IMG/VR virus record: IMGVR_UViG_3300018077_000007
Coordinates: 1 to 64,000 of that record
DNA from: a virus
Strand: one strand, 5' to 3'
DNA: 64,000 nt
The position numbers were made by a program, and so were the translations under genes. The notes beneath the pieces are model-generated. The model ran no database searches. It worked only from the letters and a program-made list of their open reading frames with translations, and was not told where the DNA came from. Positions 58,378 through 64,000 of the stretch are shown in pieces; position 1 is the stretch's first letter, and each line of letters starts with the position of its first letter.

Positions 58378-58830
58378 ATGTGGGCGGAAATGGGCGGAAT
58401 TGGAAGGGGAAAGTGGGAAGAGAGATTTTTGAGCCGTGTACATAAATCGGATTCGTGTTGGCTATGGCGCGGTGGGGAATTCGTATCTGGATATGGGGCA
58501 GTCCAATGGAAAAGGAAACACCTTTCCGCGCATCGTGTTGCATGGCAATTAAAGTTTGGGCTAATCCCCCCAGGATTGAGCGTTCTGCACGCCTGCGATA
58601 CTCCAGCCTGCGTGAATCCTGAGCATTTATCCCTTGGAACGCAAGGAGCCAACAATGCGGATATGGTTTCCAGGGGCCGAGCCCGAGGAAACGCCAGATT
58701 AGATCCTTTGCTGGTTCGTCAAATAAGGTCCGCAAGCGGTACACAGGATCAGATCGCTCAGCAGTTCGGAATCTCGCAATCTTTAGTAAGCAAAATTGTT
58801 CATAGGAGGCTTTGGAAATGGGTTCTATGA
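58378..58830 (+). CDS. HNH homing endonuclease
   Basis: CWLW.G...GYG...AHRVAW...VLHACDTPACVNPEHL.LGT...N..DM plus HTH; low GC. Confidence 0.9.
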   Translation: MWAEMGGIGRGKWEERFLSRVHKSDSCWLWRGGEFVSGYGAVQWKRKHLSAHRVAWQLKFGLIPPGLSVLHACDTPACVNPEHLSLGTQGANNADMVSRGRARGNARLDPLLVRQIRSASGTQDQIAQQFGISQSLVSKIVHRRLWKWVL

Positions 58831-59025
58831 AGGGAGGCCATATCGAGAGTGTCTACATCGCCCTGGTGTTCGGCGGCCGTCCCGAACAACGCCCGTGGTT
58901 TCGCTTTTGGTGGGGGGGGGCCCGGCGACGATGGATCTGGGTTTGGGTGCTGGGGGCCTGGGTGGGGGCGATGGGGATCATCCTAGCCCTGAGTGCGTGG
59001 GGAATCCTATAAGAGGAGGGGGCTC

Positions 59026-59202
59026 ATGCGACAATTCCTGTTCGGACTTTTGATGGGGACGGTGCTGGCCACGGCGGGGGGCGTCTGGGCGTGGGGGCAT
59101 ACCCCGACCGACCAACTCCGGGGATTACGCGATGATCTCCAGCGGCAGCAGCAGCAAGAACAGATCGACCGGATGCTGCGCCCGCTGCAACGACCCTGTT
59201 AA
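59026..59202 (+). CDS. Small secreted hypothetical protein
   Basis: GAGGAGG RBS; signal peptide. Confidence 0.5.
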   Translation: MRQFLFGLLMGTVLATAGGVWAWGHTPTDQLRGLRDDLQRQQQQEQIDRMLRPLQRPC

Positions 59203-59262
59203 GGTGGGGAGAGGTTCAATTCTGCCCTGCGGGACAACGTCTCAAGAGGAGGAGGATTCACC

Positions 59263-59595
59263 ATGAAGAAGCTCTTGATTGTTCTGCTCAGCGCGGTCCT
59301 GCTGAGCGGGTGCGCCGCGTTCGGCATCACGCCCATCGGGACCGTGGCGACCACCGGGATCACCTGTTACGCGGTGAAGGATCGGGATCTCGTGATCGCC
59401 CTGGGCCTGATCCTGTGTGAAAAGGAGGGCAAAGTGGTCGGGACGGCGGGCGGGGCCGCGCCGGGGTTAGGCCACGGGATTGCCCCGGTGTTGGGGGCGG
59501 CGCTTTTGGGCGCCGGGATCGCTGTGGGGGCGGGAATGCTTGAGATCGGGGTACCGGCGACGGCCGTCACGATCTCGCCGCCCGTGGTGCCGTAA
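59263..59595 (+). CDS. Lipoprotein
   Basis: MKKLLIVLLSAVLLSGC lipobox. Confidence 0.75.
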   Translation: MKKLLIVLLSAVLLSGCAAFGITPIGTVATTGITCYAVKDRDLVIALGLILCEKEGKVVGTAGGAAPGLGHGIAPVLGAALLGAGIAVGAGMLEIGVPATAVTISPPVVP

Positions 59596-59820
59596 ATGGA
59601 CCGCTCCCGTACCGAACATCTCGCTTGGTGCAAGCAACGGGCGCTGGCCATCGTGGATGCTGGCGATCTGCACCAGGCCTTCAGCAGCATGGTCAGCGAT
59701 CTCGGGAAACATCCTGATACGATTGAGCATCCTGGCATTTTACTCGGGGCGGCGCTCTTGATGAGCGGACGCCTATCGACCGCCACAAAGATGCGGTCGT
59801 TTATCGAGGGGTTCAATTAA
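59596..59820 (+). CDS. Conserved phage hypothetical protein
   Basis: R.EHLAWCKQRAL...GD...A..SM.SDLGKHP.T..H...FIEGFN. Confidence 0.7.
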   Translation: MDRSRTEHLAWCKQRALAIVDAGDLHQAFSSMVSDLGKHPDTIEHPGILLGAALLMSGRLSTATKMRSFIEGFN

Positions 59821-59826
59821 GGGGAC

Positions 59827-60114
59827 ATGCCGATGGAGCCGACCGTCCGTTACCGCGTGGTGGTGACGAAAATCACCGAGAAGATCACGAGGAAACCCAC
59901 ATGGCAGTGTCTCTATACCGATGTGACCTTTGCCGACGTGCGCCGCCAGAACCCCGACGCCAAGCAATACGACTATGCCACGGGCGACCTTCCCACCGTG
60001 GAAAGTAACGAAATCTACAATCAGACCGTCGGTGGCGAGTTTGATCTGTGGGGTGTGATCCAGGCGGTGAATGCCAAATCGGCCCCTGGGGGTAACCCCC
60101 TGCCCGGAGCGTAA
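59827..60114 (+). CDS. Hypothetical protein
   Basis: ORF within an operon. Confidence 0.55.
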   Translation: MPMEPTVRYRVVVTKITEKITRKPTWQCLYTDVTFADVRRQNPDAKQYDYATGDLPTVESNEIYNQTVGGEFDLWGVIQAVNAKSAPGGNPLPGA

Positions 60115-60119
60115 GGGAC

Positions 60120-60362
60120 ATGGGTGCGTCTTTTTACTGGCAAGCTGTCTCGGGAACCGAGTTGGGCGTAGACGCTCCGAGCTCGTTTCTTATGATGTTG
60201 CGCAAGGCGTTCGGAAACGAGCCGTGGACCCTCACTACTTTCAGCATTGAGCGGCTTGAGGGGATGGCGGCGGCGGACGAAACGCATTTTGAAGCCCTGC
60301 ATCGGCTCATAGATGCGATCCACACGCATGGGGCAATCCGGGTCTGGGGGGAATCACGATGA
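60120..60362 (+). CDS. Hypothetical protein
   Basis: Translationally coupled ORF. Confidence 0.55.
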   Translation: MGASFYWQAVSGTELGVDAPSSFLMMLRKAFGNEPWTLTTFSIERLEGMAAADETHFEALHRLIDAIHTHGAIRVWGESR

Positions 60363-60715
60363 ACGAGCACCTGTCCAAGCCGCAACTGGAGCTTCTTCGC
60401 GCGGCCTGTAGGGGCGAGGGCAAAGTCCGCCATTGGGGTACACTCCCCCGCACGCTTGAAATCCTCCGTAGCGCTGGCTACATCAAGAAGGATTTGGCGA
60501 TTCGGGATGAGGTAGCGCGCGGCAAATTCCTCGAAGGGCAACGGACCATGATCGCGATGGCCTCTAAACAATTGGAGGCGGGCGATTGGCAAGGCGCACT
60601 GTCGTCCCTCCGATCAGCGGAGGATGCCCAGCGGCAACTGGACCAGCAGGCCGATTGGATCACGGAGGCGGGGCGGGCGGTGGTGGTGGAGGCGTCTGCG
60701 CCAGATCATGCTTGA
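60359..60715 (+). CDS. Hypothetical protein
   Basis: ATGA-coupled ORF. Confidence 0.5.
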   Translation: MNEHLSKPQLELLRAACRGEGKVRHWGTLPRTLEILRSAGYIKKDLAIRDEVARGKFLEGQRTMIAMASKQLEAGDWQGALSSLRSAEDAQRQLDQQADWITEAGRAVVVEASAPDHA

Positions 60716-60874
60716 GCACGAGCGCATTGCCCTCAACCCCTGTGGATGCCGGAACGACAAGGTGACGGGGCTCTATACGTTCATCTGCCCGGCCCATGAA
60801 GGGGAGCGAGATGCCGCGCTTGGGCAAGCGCGGTTGAAACGGAAGACGCCGACTCAAGAGAGTGAGGGAACGCC

Positions 60875-61294
60875 ATGAGACCTCAAGACGCCAAAATTGG
60901 GACGCGGGTTCGTTCGCTCGTTGCGTTTTCGGGGGTTCCGCTCGGAACTGAGGACGTGATTGACGAGGATTACAGGACGGGCGTGACTATCGCATGGGAC
61001 GTGCCGGAGCATCGGTTGCCGACCGGCTATCGCATCTACGACGGCAGACCAGCGATTCAAAGCGGGATTCTCCGAGATGGATTCGACAAGGCCACGGCGT
61101 TGCATTATTTGGCCGTGGTGCTGCTCTGTGACATCTGCGGCCTCCGACTTTCTGAGGATGATGCCCTCGGGTGCTCTTTGGAGGGGTGTGACGCCTTCCT
61201 CTGCGGAAAGTGGGTTTGCGAGACGGACCACCGGGACACCCATGGGGCAGGTCGGCAGTATGCCAGGGATGTACGCGGGAGGGAGAGGCCGTGA
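60875..61294 (+). CDS. Hypothetical protein
   Basis: GTRVRSL..FSGVP.GT..VIDEDY..G..IAWD motif with a C-terminal Cys cluster. Confidence 0.55.
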   Translation: MRPQDAKIGTRVRSLVAFSGVPLGTEDVIDEDYRTGVTIAWDVPEHRLPTGYRIYDGRPAIQSGILRDGFDKATALHYLAVVLLCDICGLRLSEDDALGCSLEGCDAFLCGKWVCETDHRDTHGAGRQYARDVRGRERP

Positions 61295-61460
61295 TGAAAA
61301 CGAAGAAGTACGAGGCGCAAGTCGCGGAGATTCGCTGGCAGGAGCAGGAGTGGCGACTCGCCGTCACCGATGGGGCATTCACGCTTGTTGTGAATGACAA
61401 ATTCAAACGCCGGGATGCGCTGGTGACAGCGATGCGGGCGTTAAGAAAAGGAGCGGGAAA

Positions 61461-62078
61461 ATGATTGACCGACGGCAACTAGAGGAAACGCTCCACGCCC
61501 GATTTGGCGGAGTGATTAGCTCGGGGTCCCACGCGCCAGACGGCCTCGGGTGCGCCCTGGAGGTCTGGTCGCAGGCCGAGGGGGTGGCGTGGACTGACAA
61601 CCCGAGGGCGCTGGATCTGCCGGATATTCGCCCGCTGAATGACGGTCCCTGGCCGTCGGACTCGCTACGCACGGAATGGATGGTCAACGTGCTCCACGCG
61701 GTTGTCCCAGCGTGGCGGCACGACCGCGTGGGGTTTGCCCGGCGACTCGCGCTCGGGACGGTACGGGATCTGCTCCCGCCTCTCCTGAGGCGAATCGGGA
61801 TGACGCAAGCGGCGGACGGCTGCGCGTCGGCTGCGGATTTGCCAGGCGCCAGGCACGCCGCCTGGCACGCCGCCAGGTACGCCGCCGACGCCGCCGCCGA
61901 CGCCGCCGCCGCCAGGTACGCCGCCGCCGCCAGGTACGCCGCCAGGCACGCCGCCAGGCACGCCGCCGACGCCGCCGACGCCGCCGCCGCCGCCGGCAGG
62001 AGCGAGAGCGGCAGTACTATGCTGATCCGCGCGTGCCAGGTGTGGATCGCGGCGGCGGAAGAGGGGGAACGGAAATGA
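61461..62078 (+). CDS. Hypothetical protein with Ala-rich repeats
   Basis: AAGGAG RBS; AAR(Y/H)/AAD repeats. Confidence 0.6.
   Translation: MIDRRQLEETLHARFGGVISSGSHAPDGLGCALEVWSQAEGVAWTDNPRALDLPDIRPLNDGPWPSDSLRTEWMVNVLHAVVPAWRHDRVGFARRLALGTVRDLLPPLLRRIGMTQAADGCASAADLPGARHAAWHAARYAADAAADAAAARYAAAARYAARHAARHAADAADAAAAAGRSESGSTMLIRACQVWIAAAEEGERK
61843..61995 (+). repeat. Degenerate 12-bp coding tandem repeats (gccagg(t/c)acgcc / gccgacgccgcc)
   Basis: Visible low-complexity array. Confidence 0.75.
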
Positions 62079-62123
62079 ATCCCGGCATTGTGATGAGAAA
62101 GCGAAACTCGCACGGGGGAACCC

Positions 62124-63032
62124 ATGAAACTCCTCACGACCCTTGATCGCGCGAAGTGGCTGGAGGCCCGGCAGCTTGGGATTGGCTCCTCGGATGCCCC
62201 GGTGCTGGTCGGGGCGAGCCGGCGGAAGAGCCTCCTCGAGCTCTACGCCGAGAAAGCCGGGCTCGTAGAAGACAGCACCGAAGAGACCGAGTTGATGGAG
62301 GCGGGCCTGGAGCTCCAGCCGGGGATCGGGCGCATGTTCGCCCGGCGCACGGGGCGGACGCTGATCGACGTGGCGCCGTGGACCGTGTATCAGAGTGCCG
62401 AGGAGCCCTGGGCGCTGGCTTCGCCGGACTTCTTCTGCGGCCCCGTCAACGGGCACGAGACTCCTGGGGGCGTCGAGGTGAAGTTCGTCACCTTCGTCCA
62501 GGGGGACGACTGGGACGAGGAGCCGCCGCTGGCCGCGCAGATTCAGGTCCAGCACCAGATGTACGTCTGCGAGCGGGACTGGTGGACCGTGGCGGGGCTC
62601 GTCCGGGGGAAGCTCAAATATGCCGACGTGGAGCGGGATGAGCGGTTCCTCAAGGTGTTATGCGGACTGGCTCGGGACTTTATGCGCCGGATCGAGTTGC
62701 AGGATCCGCCGACGCCGGACGCCTCCGAGTCGGCCCGCCGGATCCTGGCCGGGTTATTTCCCCGCGAAGCGATGGGCAAGGTGATCCCGCTCCCGCCCGA
62801 GGCGTGGACGTGGGATGAGCAGTATGTCACGGCGACGGCGGACGAGAAGGACGCCAAAGCGCGGAAGGACGAGGCCGGGAACCAACTCCGGGCGTTGATC
62901 GGGGATGCCGAGCGCGGGGTCTTGCCGGGGGGCGGATCCTGGACCCTCAAGACTATCGAGCGGCACGAGCAACCTCGGGAGGCCCGCACGATTACCTACC
63001 GGGATCTCCGGCGGCATAAGGAGAAATCATGA
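62124..63032 (+). CDS. YqaJ-like viral recombinase (lambda-exonuclease family)
   Basis: WLEARQLGIGSSDAP.L.G, LELYAEKAG, ASPD, VEVK, QVQHQMYV. Confidence 0.9.
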   Translation: MKLLTTLDRAKWLEARQLGIGSSDAPVLVGASRRKSLLELYAEKAGLVEDSTEETELMEAGLELQPGIGRMFARRTGRTLIDVAPWTVYQSAEEPWALASPDFFCGPVNGHETPGGVEVKFVTFVQGDDWDEEPPLAAQIQVQHQMYVCERDWWTVAGLVRGKLKYADVERDERFLKVLCGLARDFMRRIELQDPPTPDASESARRILAGLFPREAMGKVIPLPPEAWTWDEQYVTATADEKDAKARKDEAGNQLRALIGDAERGVLPGGGSWTLKTIERHEQPREARTITYRDLRRHKEKS

Positions 63033-64000
63033 TAGGCGAACAGGACGAACCGAAAAAACCGGAAATCCGAGAACCCGAAGTGATCGAATCCTGGGGGAAC
63101 CCGCTGGCGGCCCTGAACCGAGTGGAGATTGATATTCAGATCGCCACGGCCAAGCGGTGGCCGCGCTCCATTGGGCGGTTCAAGGAGCTCGTCCGCACCC
63201 TGGCCACGTTGGACGAGGAGACGGCGGGGAGTATGTTCTACGCCCTGCCCCGAGAGGGGCGGACTATTGATGGCCCGTCGATCCGGTTCGCGGAGATCGT
63301 CGGGTCGGCGTGGACCAACCTCCGGTACGGGGGGCGCATCATGGGGATTGACGAGCGGCACGTCACCGCGCAGGGGGCCGCGTTCGATCTCGAGAACAAC
63401 CTGGCGTGCACCGTTGAAGTCAAGCGCCGCATCACGGACAAGCATAACCGGCGGTATTCTGACGACATGATTACCACAACGTCACAGGCCGCCATTTCGA
63501 TCGCCCTGCGCAACGCCATCTTTCGCGTGGTGCCGTTCGCGCTCATCAAGGATGTCTACGAGGAAGCGCGGACGGCATCAATCGGCAAAGGCAAGACGAT
63601 GGCGCAACGCCGCCAGCTCGCCGCCGACACGTTCGCCAAGTGGGGCGTCGCCCCAGACAAGATGTGCGCAGTGGCAGGCAAGGCTTCCCTCGACGATCTC
63701 GATGACGAGGCGTTGATCAAGCTGCGGGGGATCGTGACCGCGATCCGGGACGGGGAGACCACGATAGACGAGGTGCTCCGAGAGGTCCTCGCCCCGACCA
63801 CGGAGGAGAAATCAAACGAAGCGAAAGGCAAACTCACCACGCTGACTGAGAAGCTCGAAACGGCCCAGGATCGACGATCTCCAGGGGGACCGGTGCCTTC
63901 CCCTCCCCCCCCCCTGGAAAGTCCAGCGGCGGTGCCGCAGGGGACCCCAGAGGTTAAGTCCGAGCCGAAGGCGGTCGAACCGCCTCCCGAAACCGGAGCG
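63029..64000 (+). CDS. Phage recombination / ssDNA-annealing-type protein (3' truncated)
   Basis: AAGGAG RBS; EIDIQIATAKRWPRS...MFYALPR.G..IDGPSIRFAE...FDLENN; adjacent to the YqaJ gene. Confidence 0.7.
   Translation, partial: MIGEQDEPKKPEIREPEVIESWGNPLAALNRVEIDIQIATAKRWPRSIGRFKELVRTLATLDEETAGSMFYALPREGRTIDGPSIRFAEIVGSAWTNLRYGGRIMGIDERHVTAQGAAFDLENNLACTVEVKRRITDKHNRRYSDDMITTTSQAAISIALRNAIFRVVPFALIKDVYEEARTASIGKGKTMAQRRQLAADTFAKWGVAPDKMCAVAGKASLDDLDDEALIKLRGIVTAIRDGETTIDEVLREVLAPTTEEKSNEAKGKLTTLTEKLETAQDRRSPGGPVPSPPPPLESPAAVPQGTPEVKSEPKAVEPPPETGA

Noticed and set aside
61843-61995. Possible CRISPR array or DGR repeat
   Set aside because: No unique spacers, no reverse transcriptase and no adenine-specific TR/VR pair seen; it is a coding low-complexity tract.
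1-64000. tRNA, rRNA, integrase/att sites, group I/II introns
   Set aside because: None was recognisable by eye; tRNAscan/Infernal would be needed to exclude them formally.

Overview
This window is a continuous, GC-rich segment of a tailed, podovirus-like dsDNA phage or prophage, almost entirely on the + strand. No host housekeeping genes, integrase, tRNA or CRISPR array are visible. Gene order: terminase large subunit carrying a class-3 LAGLIDADG intein; about 13 kb of small accessory genes (thermonuclease, TerS-like HTH, HNH, zincin); P22-like portal, scaffold and N4-gp56-type major capsid; a block of virion-type proteins, many with Sec-type signal peptides, next to an O-antigen-ligase/O-OTase-family membrane enzyme; a head-tail adaptor; a non-autonomous IS200/IS605 element (RHH + tnpB); a tail nozzle; a tail fibre with an in-frame TAA; ejection proteins; a 4968-aa DarB-like polyvalent protein (adenine MTase, SF2 helicase, GHKL ATPase, zincins, LPD38-like C-terminus) containing two overprinted genes; lysis genes; and early genes ending in a YqaJ exonuclease and an annealing-type protein. 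The best candidates for new biology are (1) exported, His-motif-rich structural proteins coupled to a phage oligosaccharyltransferase-like enzyme and (2) small genes nested inside the giant injected protein. All family calls come from motif recognition by eye, not from database searches.
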